The notes beneath the pieces are model-generated. The model did no database searches, was not told the origin of the DNA, and worked only from the letters and a program-made list of their open reading frames with translations. A stretch of 57,838 bases of DNA, filler included, from Sphacelaria rigidula (taxonomy: Eukaryota), in the NCBI GenBank assembly GCA_964200075.2. It is 8 parts of 8 records of this genome, joined end to end, with 100 filler letters (N's around TTAATTAATTAA, not from the genome) between each part and the next. Parts side by side here need not be neighbours in the genome. Positions count along the whole stretch, not along the records: positions 1 to 7,143 come from CAXNAA020016279.1; positions 7,244 to 14,386 come from CAXNAA020016280.1; 6 more parts are not named here. One strand, written 5' to 3'. The translations under genes and the position numbers were made by a program. This document shows, piece after piece, positions 1 through 12,143 of this stretch; position 1 is the first letter of the stretch, and every line of letters starts with the position of its first letter.

Positions 1-485
1 GCATGCATGATGATGAGTTCCCCCCCCCCCCCCTGGTCAAAGATGACGTTTCATCCCGAGTGAATCAAGTGAATCAAAACGTAAACGTTCGCTGACGGAA
101 ACTCGATCGATGCTTGGATCTATACTACGGGAAATATGAAGAAAGATAAAAAAATAATACATGTAAGTAAACGGGAAGGCAGAGAAGCTGAACAAAACGA
201 AGCAGAACGATAAAAGGGAGGAGTCCTAATCCCAATTCCAAATCCAAACCCTTGAACAAGAAAGGAAAATAATGGAAAGGAAAAAAGGAAGCCGCCAGGA
301 TAGATCTAGCACTTGACCCGATCCAAGGAACAGTAGCGGTAATAATAACAATAATAGTAGACAACAAATGACTGGCCCCTGCTGCATGGCTTCGGGTACT
401 GTAAGCCACTAAACCCCCCTCTGTTGTGCTCTCCAGCTCGGCTCAGTACACACGGGCCACACCACCCATATGCCAATGGGCGATG

Positions 486-562
486 GTCCTCGTGATTTGG
501 GTAAAAGCACTGTATACACTCATCGCCGGTTCAGGCGCAAGGTTACGAGTTCGAATCCCTGC
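486..562 (+). mobile_element. Possible tRNA-derived SINE head
   Basis: Pol III B-box-like GAGTTCGAATCCC at 547-559; the A box is poor and there is no complete cloverleaf. Confidence 0.3.
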
Positions 563-936
563 ATATATGGTGTTGCGTTAGCAAGGTCCTAGGTTCCGTC
601 TTCGAAATTATGAGGGCGTGGGTAGCGACGGAAATCCGACGAGAGTCGCCATCGACGCGGTGCGCGAGTGTTAGTCCAACTCGCGATATCGAGATGCTAG
701 GTGCGTTCTGGGGGAGATATAGGTTGGCCCCTTGAGGCTAGAGACGCGTTCAGAGGGCGGGGTGGCGGTTAGAAAATATGGCGAACCCTTTCATGAATCA
801 ATGTGTTGGTGATTGGGGGTGCTGGCTAGAAAAAAATTGGAACTGCTCAGCTGTAGCGTGTAGGTATAGTTCAGAAAGGGGGCCTGGACGTCTGACGCAG
901 GAGAGCTTGATGGATCTGTCATCATTCCGAGGCGAG

Positions 937-1462
937 TTGCATGGCCTTGGAGATGGCAACCTCCATCTAGGATATCATGCTCATCTGGGACATCATATCC
1001 ATCTTGGAATATCCATCTGTGACATTATATCCATCTGGTACATTGTATCCATCGGGGATATCTATGTGGGACATCATATTCCCCTGGAATATCCATCTGG
1101 GGTATCGGAAGCATCTGGGATATTCATAAATATACATCTGGGATATATATATATATATATATGGATATCTCAGATGGACCTCCCAGATGGTCCCGATACC
1201 CCCAGATGGGCATTGATCTCGCACATGGACACCCCACATGCATATAGATATCCCGTATAGACGTTCATGGGGGGATATGAATGTCCCAGATGGATGTCCA
1301 TGTGAGATATGAAAATCCCAGATGGATATCCATATGAGATATGGCTTAAAATCTCAGATGGATGTCCGTATGAGATGTGGATCTTCCAGATGGAATTTTA
1401 CATCCCAGCGGATGTCCTGAACGGAAATTGTACCTCAGGTGGATGTCGCACTATTATGCAAG
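937..1462. repeat. Fold-back element made of CATCTGGGATAT-like subrepeats
   Basis: About 10 CATCTGGGA(T/C)AT variants on + (964-1146), a (TA)n centre (1144-1161), then inverted ATCCCAGATG variants (1165-1447). Confidence 0.75.
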
Positions 1463-2464
1463 GCTCCCACGAGTTGCAGAAGGAGATTAGGCAAAGCAGA
1501 GAGCTGTTCTAGTACTACTTTACTACGGTAGGGTACTGGAACGTTTTAGAATTGGTCTTCTTCTCGGTGAGCTCGTCCACCTTATGCTCTCTCGCGCGTG
1601 TAATTCCTACGATTCTGGTGGTTTGAACTCTCGCACCCGTGTCAGTGTCAGTGTCGGTAGAGAGAGAGCGTACTGCGAGAGGCTCGTGCAGGTAGCGGCT
1701 ATATTCTTTCATATCGCATGTGACGGAGTACATCACCCGCCCTTCCCGCACCCTGATGAAGTTTTGATAATATAATTTCTCGCGAACTGTGAAGGTCACG
1801 GATTTCTTCGATGTTTCTCTGACCGCGTTAGATCGTTCTTTTTCTGCTTACTTTCAGACCCGTCCCTTCCTTGGGACAAGTTCGTCTATCTCATATATCC
1901 TTCTATTGGATACTGGTATGGCGGATTGGATCATGACGAACACTCCCGCACCGCGTCGACTCTCGTCCAACATATTTTCTTTGCGTGCTCACGTCGTCAC
2001 GTTTTCAAGGATGGAAACCAGACATTCCTCAGCAGAATATCTTCGATCCACATCTGCCGAGCTTCGAACCGTCTCCCGCCATAACTGGTTTCAGTTGCAC
2101 AGTACCCGTTAAACCATGGGGGCGCAGTGCTTTTGTTGAAGCGAGAAAATGTTGATACCGTGTACCCCCCGTGTTCCACGTCACCTACCTATACCTGTTT
2201 GCCCCGCATGACTTATGTCATGCGACATATGACCCGGCCTGTCCTGACTCAGGCCGGCTGACGTGGAAGCAGACAGTAAGGCTTGGGGACTGAGGTTTGG
2301 TTGCCTCGCCCACGTTCCCAGTTGTGTCCGCAACCCACACGATACGGGGGGTAAGTTCGACGCTTTGTGTTTTGCAGAAGGAGCTCGAATTCTTCGTTCC
2401 GCTCGCTGGGGAGTTATGAGCAAACCACTCACTGTATCTGGCGACACCGGTGGGATTTCACGCT

Positions 2465-2562
2465 CTTGCACTGTCGTACAACCTCCACCTGGGACATGAT
2501 ATCTACCTGGGATGTCCATCTGGTCATTCATGAAGCATATCAATGTCCATCTGGGATTGATG
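2465..2562. repeat. Terminal remnant of the same fold-back family
   Basis: CTTGCACTGTCGTACAACCTCCACCTGGGACA resembles the reverse complement of 1431-1461 and is followed by CATCTGG motifs. Confidence 0.6.
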
Positions 2563-3569
2563 TGCCACGACAATCGTCTGTCTGCCTTCGGTATTCACCT
2601 TCGTTGTTGACTTGGGTGTGCGGTACTCATGCCTCGTTGCAATCTGAGTACAGTATACGCGTGCCTTTCGCGGTGCGGTTTTCAAACTTCACGCTCCGGG
2701 CTTCGGTGTCGGTACACACAACAACAAGAAGTGAAAGAGATGCATGAACATAAACGCAAGAGCAAATGAAGAAGTCAACACATACAAAAAAATGGAAGAA
2801 GAAGAAAAAAGTAAGCCTGCAAGAAGAGCCAACATTTTCATAGTTCGTACACGTGTACACACATCTAGCGATTGGAGTTTGGCGTTTGACACACACACAC
2901 ACACACACGCGTGCACACCAAAGTTTGGGGAATAGTATGATATACAAGGCAAACAAATGTTGTAGCTTGTACATGCGCTTGCACATCAAGCGGTGACGAG
3001 TTACCCGTGCGATTGTCCCTACTCATCTGACATCAAGACGTCATATCCTACTACGTGTGTCCGGTCTTTTGTGTTATTCTTTCACGTTCTCTGTTGCTGT
3101 ATTCGCTGCTTGATGTTTTCTGTTGCTGTGGTATTCATCTTACATGGTTTCGGTATTTTCGATTCAACTCATCGCAGGGACTCTCTCTCTCCCTCTTGAT
3201 TCAGTTGTATTTGGCACGCCTGATTTGTTTTGTTACATAGCTTCCTGTTTCTGTTTCTGATTGTCAATCGCATTTGCCTCTATCTTTCCCCTTTGCCCTC
3301 GGAACCATATATCCTATTTCTCCACGTCATTTGTATGTTTGCATTATTGCTATACTCTCTCTGCCACACACACACGTGCACACGTGGATGGATAGCAACA
3401 CCACCACGTAAAAGGGAAACATTCCCACAACAAGTGTCCGTCGACAAAATCACCTCTTCACACACATATTTATATACATCTACCGTTCGTGTTGTGTTTT
3501 TTTTCGTCTTGTTGTGCTCTGTTTTGTCTTTTGCTGCTGCTGCTGCTGCTGCTGCTGCTTCCACCTCAG

Positions 3570-3640
3570 GAAGAAAGGCCCTATTTGTTGCGGGGGGCAG
3601 GCATCACACGTGCGCGCTCCTGGATGGTGGAGGGGTGAAG
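3570..3640 (+). CDS. Internal exon of RCC1/BLIP-II repeat protein
   Basis: CAG|...AAG|GTAAGC splice sites; encodes GRKALFVAGGRHHTCALLDGGGVK, an RCC1 motif; the phase-0 end joins the 6678 exon to give VK-CWG. Confidence 0.85.
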
Positions 3641-5167
3641 GTAAGCACGCTCAACGGTTGGGATTGATATTCGGCGCGGGTGGCAGGCTTAGTCACGGTA
3701 TTTCTAATTAGTGTGGCCTCTTCGTATGCAGGATACAAACGTCTTCTGTCGCAGAGACAGATGTCTTAGAGCTCAACTTTTGTATCTACACAGGAAGAAA
3801 TATCGAGAGAGATTACCCGACTGTGCAATTACAAGGAGCTCTTGCAGAGGGTGCACGGTGACTTTCAAGCTCACTTGCGCCGTGTAGCAATAAAAAGAAG
3901 TCGATAGTTCTCGCAGGCGCTCATTTGGCCTACACAGAATAAGTCACTCAGTCTCTTCTCAAAGCAGGGAGCTGAGAGAGAGCTCGGGGGGAATAAGTCA
4001 GGGTCGATTTTGATGTAAGTGTCACTCTTGCGAACCCAACATGCCTGGCGCTGCTGCCCAAGAACCTTGGTTCTGTTCGTATAAGAATCTTCCTCGTTTG
4101 GTTCTGTTTGTAGTTAACACGACTCTTCTTTCGAAGTCTTCGACGTTTTCGGATTTTTTTGCGACTCATCAAAAATAGTTTTTTGCCGAATGAAATCTAA
4201 CGCTAGATTTTCCAGGCCATAATATGTAGTCGGTAAGGAATTGCTCTATTCCTTGACCTGGTCGAGAGATCCGTCACATTTTTCAGAGAGAAAGTTTTTT
4301 TTCCCGAAAAAGTTGGAAAAATCTGAAAATAAAATAACAGCTCTGTTACTGACGATTCCCTTGGGAGAGTGATGGCAGTTGGCGCGAGCGCAATCTGTAA
4401 TCTCTCTCAGACAGGCTCTTCGTCTCAGACCCTGACGATTGACCCTACGCACTCGAAACTATAGGATTGATTATTCGATTATTCATTACTTTCGCCATTC
4501 GTTACTCGACCGTTGCAGAAGTTGAACTATTTGTTTCGTAGGTACCTTGGTGTCCAACCCTTTGTTACTTCAGATCTTTCTGTATCGCCAACCTCTTGGT
4601 GCTAGATCCTCCTACTTTCTTACTTGCACTACACGAAACTGTAGATGAAACGTTCTGTATAAGTCATTGTATTACACCCGCTAATCGCTAGTTTGTTTCA
4701 TGTCATTTGAATTTTTCCAGAAAATTTTGGGAGCCAAGATCAGTGCACTATAGTAGCTACGTGTTGCCGCTCTCGGCTGGTTGAGAATGATATATTCACA
4801 CGCCGAGTGAGATACATGATACATTACTTTGGGCGAACTTCGCGGGGTCGAGGAAGTTGTACAGTCAGTAAAGGCTCTAGCGTTGTGATTCACATCGTCC
4901 GGGACGTGGAACGGAGAGTTGACCAAATTAATCGATGAACGTCGATGGGCTGCGATAATGGTCATCATCCAGTGCTTGAAACTCAAGTATGAGGCGAGTA
5001 CCGGGAGAGAGGTGGCTGGATCTCTCTCTCTCTCTCGGGACTGCGAACTCGTCCTGAGAAAGAGGAGGGGGTGTTTTTGAAAGAGCAACGTGTTTGGTGT
5101 CTTGATGCCGGGTATCAGGGTGTGGAGAGTGAAAATCCCAAACAGAGTATATACATGCGTGCATGTA

Positions 5168-5768
5168 CCTCCTCCGCCCCAAAAGTAAAGTCGGTTATGT
5201 TTACACGGACCCTAACGGTGTGATATATGATTCTCGATATTTTTATTGCATTCGTCGGCGTTTTTTGAGCTACAACCGACATTCTTCCTACAACGTGGGT
5301 GCTTGACCCATGCAGCCGCGCGGCCGAGAAAAAGTAGATCGGTCCAAAAACGGTCATTTTTCGTTTTCCCAGGAAGGAACGACAGACCCGGGAGCACGAA
5401 AAATCGCGAAAAATGGGCCACAAAATGTGAAAGTCGCGAAACCACCGTTGATTTTGGACATGCCCGTGATGTTAACCTACGCACGCCCCATCCAAAATTT
5501 TGTTAGCATGTAATTGCTAGTGGTCGACGTGAAAATGTCCAAAATCGTTCGATGATGGAGGTATAAATGGATAAAAGAGGATCAAAATGGGGTATATTTC
5601 GACATAATTTTGGTGATGGAAACAAGTTCTTTTTCTTTCGTTTTTTTTTTCATCAGCTTCGTCTGCGCTGTACCCCTCTAACGAATCCAACCATAGGATG
5701 ATCGTCAACGTTGAAATACCCAAACGATTGAACGCCCATAGCCGACTTTACTTATGGGTCAGAGGAAG
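5168..5768. mobile_element. Stowaway/Tc1-mariner-like MITE in an RCC1 intron
   Basis: TA on both flanks; TIRs CCTCCTCCGCCCCAAAAGTAAAGTCGGTTATG and revcomp CTTCCTCTGACCCATAAGTAAAGTCGGCTATG match 27/32. Confidence 0.8.
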
Positions 5769-6677
5769 TATGTATGGACTTGGATTGGCTAGTTGCCGCA
5801 CATTAGCAGACATTCGAGGGCCCCCCCACCCAGTCATGATGAAAAGATAGACGTCTCGAAAAAAAACAAAACGGTAACGTTCGCTACCCAAAAAAGAGAA
5901 CTGGAAATTAGAAAATAAAAATGATGGGGAAAAACAAAATGGAGTACAATCTGAAAAGCGGATGGCGAGAATAAGCGCAAGTAGGAATAACGAAAAACAA
6001 ACCGAGTAGATGCAAAAGAAACGTGAGGAACGGAGAAGAGCTACAGACATATGTACGTACGTACACATACATTGCTACCTAATTGAACAACAAAACAACG
6101 ACATCTAACTTTTATAGAAATGGCCTACTCCTGCGGCATGTCGTCAGGTGAAGAAGGCCTTGCGCAAAACGCATACGCGCCTTTACAAAAAACAGAGCAA
6201 AACAACACAAAACAAAGCAAAGCAAAAAAGTTCGTACAATTCATGCCTCAGCTGTGTTCTGGACGACACTATCTGGGCATGGGCTCTCACCCATGAGCCC
6301 TACGGAAGCAAGGTTCGTATCAGCACTTCCGCTCCCCATGAATTCTCGTCAAATCTCGTCCAATAAAAAGTTCTTCTTGCTACTCACGTCGTGGTAGATA
6401 TCACATATATTGGTACTTCCAAGTGTAAACAGAATCTGTCGGGATCCGTCCTGATTGCCTTCACAACGACACTATTTATTCTACACTACACTGCACTACA
6501 CTACATTACCCGCTTAGATCACCAGAGAGTGCTGATGAATATATCCATGTGCACCCCTGGAGGCAGCAGGGGCAACAGCAGCAGCAGCAGCAGCGGGTGA
6601 TGCTGACAGTACGCGCTCCTTTTTTGGCGCTCTTGCTTTATTTGCTTGTCCGCCTTGTTTTATTTGTTCCGAGAAAG

Positions 6678-6935
6678 TGCTGGGGCGGCGGTGCAGACAC
6701 GGAACACAATAATGGACAGCTGGGACAAGAAAATAACACGGATATAGGAGTGGAGCCGGGACAAATGGGAGACAACCTGCCGGATATTGACTTCGGGCAG
6801 GATCGTAGAGTCGTGGCCATGGACGTCGGCTGGTCCCACACCTGTGTTATCCTGGATGATGGTACACTGCGATGCATCGGCCGCAACTATGATGGTCAAC
6901 TTGGCTTGGGAGACGAGGAAGACCGAGGGGATGAG
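6678..6935 (+). CDS. Internal exon of RCC1/BLIP-II repeat protein
   Basis: AAG| acceptor after a T-rich tract and GAG|GTGAAG donor; CWG..NNGQLG..MGDNLPDIDFG..GWSHTCVILDDGTLRCIGRNYDGQLGLGD is a clear RCC1 repeat. Confidence 0.9.
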
Positions 6936-7143
6936 GTGAAGCGCGGAGATGGAGTAGTTTCATGCACACATGGTGAATCAACGGTGGTACTGTTGTAGTG
7001 GCATTGTTAATGAGATTGAATCATGCTACGATAGGGGGGTGTACTCATGATCATGCATGCCATAGTCATATGACCATTGACCTCGCATCCCTCCAAAGCC
7101 GGGACGGAGCAGGACGGGTTTTTGCTGCACGCGGATCGCAATC

Positions 7144-7243
7144 NNNNNNNNNNNNNNNNNNNNNNNNNNNNNNNNNNNNNNNNNNNNTTAATTAATTAAN
7201 NNNNNNNNNNNNNNNNNNNNNNNNNNNNNNNNNNNNNNNNNNN
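7144..7243. other. Artificial scaffold-joining pad
   Basis: 44 N + TTAATTAATTAA (stops in all six frames) + 44 N. Confidence 0.97.
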
Positions 7244-7729
7244 TAACAACCTTTAATCGTCAGAAAACGATTCGGAAATATCAGTCATCTTGTGTTTTCT
7301 CATGCTCAACAAGTACCCTTACAAGTACTTGCTCCTCAACAATATCCAATCCGGAGCTCACCACTATATCCCTCATCTTAGGTGATCCCCGCGTTGTAGG
7401 CTTCCAGTCCGCTCCTGCGAAGTAGTAGCGCTGGAACCACCACCTTCTGCACACCATAGAGAAACAATTCCTTTCGTACGGTAGCTCCTATCAGCCACCT
7501 CTAGCACCCCCATGGTGAATCTCAACATGCCACCAAACAGCATATCCTTACCGCCGAGCCAATACCACAAATACTCTGCCTCCGCAGAAGCTTGCGCATC
7601 GACGATTTCTCCTGTTTCAGATGCTTTTTTAGGCGAAACGAGAGGTGGAACGGGAACAACCATACAGTCCCGCATAGCAACAGCTCTCGAGGACACCACA
7701 CCATCCTCATTAAGCATCTGACCTGACAA

Positions 7730-8900
7730 CATATGAGCAATATCACGCATCATTCGCTTACATTTACGATGGGACAACGGCGAATTGACCATCCGAAATC
7801 TACGATCCATCAACGCCTTATTAAACGCTCTCACCGCACAATTCTTCACATGCCATCCCGTATCGCCGACCCATACCTCCGGCGACCCCATCGCTTTTGC
7901 TTTGAACCATGTCAGAAAATGCTCCACCTTCTTCGCCTCCACATTAGACTGTGCGGGCTCCAACCACACGAAGTTGCTCACATCGCCTTTGATCACCAAA
8001 TGATCTTGGATCGGATCTCCGTCGTCCAACCCACCATTTTCCAGCTGACCACTCGCTCCATCGCTGAGGAAATTGAATTCCATCACCTCCTCCGGGCGAG
8101 TACCTTGCATCTTATCCCCACCATGCACCATATCCTCGTGGGGAGGGGGAATGTGCGCCCCCACCTTGGATTCGCTCACCCCTCGCGGGCAGAATTTTTC
8201 CGGCATTTCCATCACCGCTCTCTACAAGCTTGACTCCAAACTGCAGTACAGTATCCCAAACGCCACCAAACCGCAACGCATGAAGCTAGCCACCCGGCCT
8301 TCACCGGATCGTTGCAATTGGGCTGGGCCTTCGCAGCCGTCGCCTGTGACTGTGGCTGCACCCTCATAGGCGGTGCGGCTCCACTCTCAGGAGCTTCCTC
8401 TTCATTTCCACCTGTATCCTTCTTGCTTTCACTTTGGAACGACCACTCAGGGACGATCACCCGCCTAGTCGGAAGATAGTTAGGGTTGTTCACCCCGGTC
8501 TGCACCGGCACAGCACGCGGGCGTAACTTTTCCAAAGCCAGCGGATACAAATCCACCCCGAGTTCCTTCATAGTCGCCATGCCAAACAACACCGCGTTGT
8601 CGTTACCAGGCAAGACCGCGAAAGTGATTGGCGACATCTCCACAGCACCCCACGGCGTTCGCACGGTTACAGCAATAGGCACCGTATTATGAGAAATAGT
8701 CACGGACGCACCCGTAGCGCTCTGTGTCATTTGCGGTCCACTTTCAAATGGTAGCTGTAGCTGGGCGCATCCAAACTGTCAAGACATATGTTGCAGCAAC
8801 CCCACACTTATTGATGTGAGTGCTGATCCAGAGTAAAAAAAATGCGAGCCATGAATGAACCAACAGAACCGGGTATAGATAAATCAGCGCGCAGGCATTC
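7730..8900 (-). pseudogene. Ty3/gypsy pol remnant: protease, RT stub and integrase core, with RT/RNaseH deleted
   Basis: ORFs 8212-8730 and 7373-8215 are frameshifted; no YxDD motif; collinear with about 41880-43200. Confidence 0.8.
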
Positions 8901-9493
8901 TGCGCTGCGGTCGACAGGCACCACGCCTGCCGAAGAAAAACTCTGTTTAGTACCTAGAGTCACTTGACGCCAAGGCAGCGCTCCAGCACTTGGCATCGAT
9001 GCTTTTGCCTTCGTCGCAACAGTGGAAGATGCACCCGACACGAATCCTGCCGGGCCTATGGGTTGCGAGCCTTCTGCTCCAGCACTCCCCACCAAAGTAT
9101 TACCTCCTCCCACATATGTTAGCCGCCCCGACACAGACGAACCCAGAGATCGAGCGTCATCACTTGAAAACGCACTTAGGGATACAGTAGTGGCGGAACC
9201 TCACTCCTCCGTCGCTTGGTTTCGTTTTTGGCCCCTACCTCTGCATCCGTATCTCTGGTTGCTACCTTGTCCGCCATAACGACCGCCTCGAGATCTTGAC
9301 CCATCTCGCGCGTTTCCTTGCGCAGCGCCTTTAGCGCGAGGCTTGGGGCAACTTCTTGAAATATGCCCATGGTCTCCACAATTGTAACACGAGCGAGTGA
9401 AAAACGCTCGCGTAGTCAGCAGCTATTCCTGTTGCTTGCGCTCGCCATACTTTGACGTTTCTAACGGTTTATCCCAAACCAGCAGCATCGTTG

Positions 9494-9505
9494 CCACTTG
9501 AGCCA
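9494..9505 (-). promoter_or_regulatory. Primer-binding site candidate
   Basis: TGGCTCAAGTGG directly follows the LTR end ...GAACA on the minus strand. Confidence 0.6.
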
Positions 9506-10003
9506 TGTTCTGTATGACTCAAAAATCACGGATAGACTCTTGCCTTACTTGAGCGTCCCTCCAGCGGAGTGTGTTCCAAACACGGTGCGCTGTAAGCTGT
9601 CTTCCGTCTGCGGGCTGAACTGGCTCTATGCTGCAGCCCAATCCCTCCTCAGCCAAAACTCCTCTAACAGAGTGCCGGAAGAATAATATTTAGATATTGT
9701 AGCCTCTGCCAGACGATCTGGACAAGAGGACGATCCTCGAGGGACTCGTCCAGTAGCGCTGGCCTCGTGCTCGACAAGTCCTTTCTTATCATGGAGTAAA
9801 CAGCTGCGGCCCGCCCCATCAAGCATGGACCACACAGCAAGGATCATCACCCACAGGATGACCCTGTCCCCTGGTCATCATCCAGGATCCTACATGATAC
9901 ATTTACTACGCCTTGGTGTTTTTTGGCTACAGCACATACCGGCACAACTGAGAGCCCCCCACTGTGGTTCCAAGAAATTCCTTCATCGACCAAGTGGTGA
10001 ACA
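9506..10003 (-). repeat. 5' LTR (498 bp)
   Basis: TGTTC...GAACA inverted termini next to a TGG PBS; internal blocks are similar to 34255-34450. Confidence 0.75.
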
Positions 10004-10124
10004 CGTTTATTTTTTGCTGTGCTGCGTCGTCGTGTTGTGCTGTGCGTGCCGTGCCGTGCCGTGCCATCCCGTGCCGTGCCGTGCCATCCCGTGCCGTGCC
10101 GTGCCATCCCCTGCTCAACAATAG

Positions 10125-10437
10125 GCAGCAGCTGGTTCGAGAGCACGCCCGGTGTCCCAGAAGATCGGATGCAAACCGCCAGTACTCTCATTTCGGTGGA
10201 CAGCCTCCAACCGACGCCCGGCACCGGGGCAGAGAAGAGAAGCGCTAGCGCCAGTGAGAACGGTGATGTAGAGAGCAACCGGGGTAGGATACCTTCGTCG
10301 GCGAGGCCTACGAGACAGGAAGGAGGACGAGGACATGCTGTGCTCTCCAATAGCAGCAGTCGCGGCACCACCGCCGGAGCGAAGATGAGGGCGTTCCGGG
10401 AAGCGGCGGGGAGTGGTAGCGTCGGGAGTAGGCAGAG
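10125..10437 (+). CDS. Exon of low-complexity Ser/Gly/Arg-rich protein
   Basis: TAG| acceptor after (GTGCC)n repeats (nearby CAG acceptors are possible); AG|GTGAAA donor in phase 2, matching the 10914 exon. Confidence 0.7.
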
Positions 10438-10913
10438 GTGAAAGAAAGACATAATCGGACAACAGCCGGAAAAGAAGCGCGTTCCGTCTCGCTTGCTTGC
10501 TTATTTTCGCTTTTCGCTTTTCGCTTTTTTTTTTGTCGATTCTTCTCTCCTTCTCTTCATATATATTTTTTTTCACCTTTTTTTTCTATCCGCTTCCCTC
10601 CCTCTACTTCGCCCAGTAATGTTTGGCGCACCGTGTGGTTTTGTGTGGTTTTGTGAATCCTTCACCCTTCTTCAACGGGGTATTTGTTTATGAAGGGTAT
10701 ATCTGCACCGCAAGTAAAATTTAAACATTGTACAGATCTCACAGAAGCTGTCGGAGAGAAAGAAGTACCATGGTCCATACCTTAATGTAATATTCAAAAT
10801 TTGTACCCGGCAGAACACAACCTTCATATTCCTTGAAATGTCGGTGTCTCTCCCTCTTTCTGAGCTCTTGCTAACATGAACGATTGTTTCCCGCCCCCTT
10901 ACCCCCCCGGCAG

Positions 10914-12070
10914 AAGAAAGATGCGAACGCCAAGATCCCGCGACAACGGCCGCGTTGGCGGCGCTGCAGGCGGCGTCGGAAGTGGTCCCTACAGCAGGAG
11001 TAGCTCCTCTGCACCGGCGAGCAGTGCTGCCCAGGGCGGCGGCGCCGGGCGCACGTCCATCGCTACCGCTCAAGCGGCGCCGGGTGCTAGTCACGCGTCG
11101 ATGCTGCCAGATAGCCGGGAAACTCACGTCGCACCCATCGCTGTTGGCGTTGCGGGCGGGAAGGTCAGTCAAAGTGCCGCCGACGGCGCCCGAATGGTGC
11201 TCGATGCGTCCGCCCCTGAGTCCGCTCGCGCCGAGGGCGGTGGCGATGGTAATGGTGATGATGGCAGCGGCGTTGGTGCTCGAGATTCTTCCCGAGATGA
11301 TGTTTCTACTGTCTCGGCCGGTGCCGCGACGAGCTCCGACGCGCGGCAGCGCTCCGCCGACGCGGATCACCAAGACCCGCGACACGTCGGCGCGAAGACA
11401 GTAGTAGTCGACGGTGACAACGGCAATAGAAGAAACAATTTCGCTGTCGCGGACGGTATTACCACGGGTGACGGAGGGGGGAAAGGAGGAGGAGGCAGAT
11501 CCGGAGCGGTAGTACATTTTGCCGGAAGCATGGCTGCCATCGTCGAAGGCGGCGATGACGGCGTTGGTGGCGGCGTTGGTGACGGCAGTGACGTCCGTAA
11601 AGAGGGTGACAAGACGGGGGGCGGTGACACGAGCCCTTCGACCGCAGCAACCATAAGACTCCGTCAGAGAAGATCCAGGTCTAGGTCTAGGTCTAGGTCT
11701 GGGTCTAGATCGACGGACAGCAGGAGACGGCGCAACGGTGGTGGGAGCGGTGGGGTCGGGGTCGGTAGGGGAACAAGAGGCCCGTCTGGAGGGTACAACG
11801 GACGGCCTAGAGATGACCTACTGTCCGGTGACGGTAGAGATGATGATGACGATTATAGCGGCAGCAGTTCGGCATCCGATTACACGGGGTCCGGGGGCAG
11901 GTCCTCCTTTTCGGGATCGTCGTTCGAATCTTCCGGGACTGATGACTATTCCGACGACGAATCAGACATGTCGGACTTGTCGTCGTCCACGTATTCTCGT
12001 TCATCTCGCGGCGACGGCGAGCGAAGGAGGTCCGGATCCAGGCGTCATTCTAGCCTCAGCGACGACTTCG
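10914..12070 (+). CDS. Large exon of intrinsically disordered protein with RS-repeat and acidic Ser/Asp tracts
   Basis: About 385 open codons; branch-like GCTAAC, C-rich tract and CAG| acceptor; G|GTGAGT donor; contains RQRRSRSRSRSRSGSRS. Confidence 0.8.
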
Positions 12071-12143
12071 GTGAGTGGTAATAGTAATGTAGGATATCCC
12101 GGTGTCGTGGTGCGTGTTTTTTGTAGGTTGGGCTGGCCGTTAA

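Larger units (their letters stand above)
7244..10003 (-). mobile_element. Degenerate non-autonomous Ty3/gypsy LTR retrotransposon, 3' end cut by scaffold edge
   Basis: 5' LTR, PBS, gag remnant, protease region (PIAVTVRTPWG..VLFGMATMKELGVDLY), RT N-terminal stub, integrase core (FVWLEPA..PEVWVGDTG). Confidence 0.85.

Noticed and set aside
486..562. Functional tRNA gene
   Set aside because: Only a B box is evident; acceptor stem and anticodon arm cannot be formed convincingly.
778..1260. 160-aa His/Ile/Gly-rich ORF
   Set aside because: Mostly translation of the CATCTGGGATAT array and the TA tract.
4433..4465. Hammerhead ribozyme core (CTGACGA...GAAAC); also CTGATGA near 1753 and 29721
   Set aside because: The flanking helices do not pair convincingly.
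7188..7199. TTAATTAATTAA recurring every 7242-7243 bp as a biological periodic signal or piggyBac target
   Set aside because: Always centred in 44 N + 44 N; it is a synthetic six-frame-stop linker.
6678..12070. Single gene joining the RCC1 exons to the Ser/Gly-rich exons
   Set aside because: They lie on different scaffolds across a pad.
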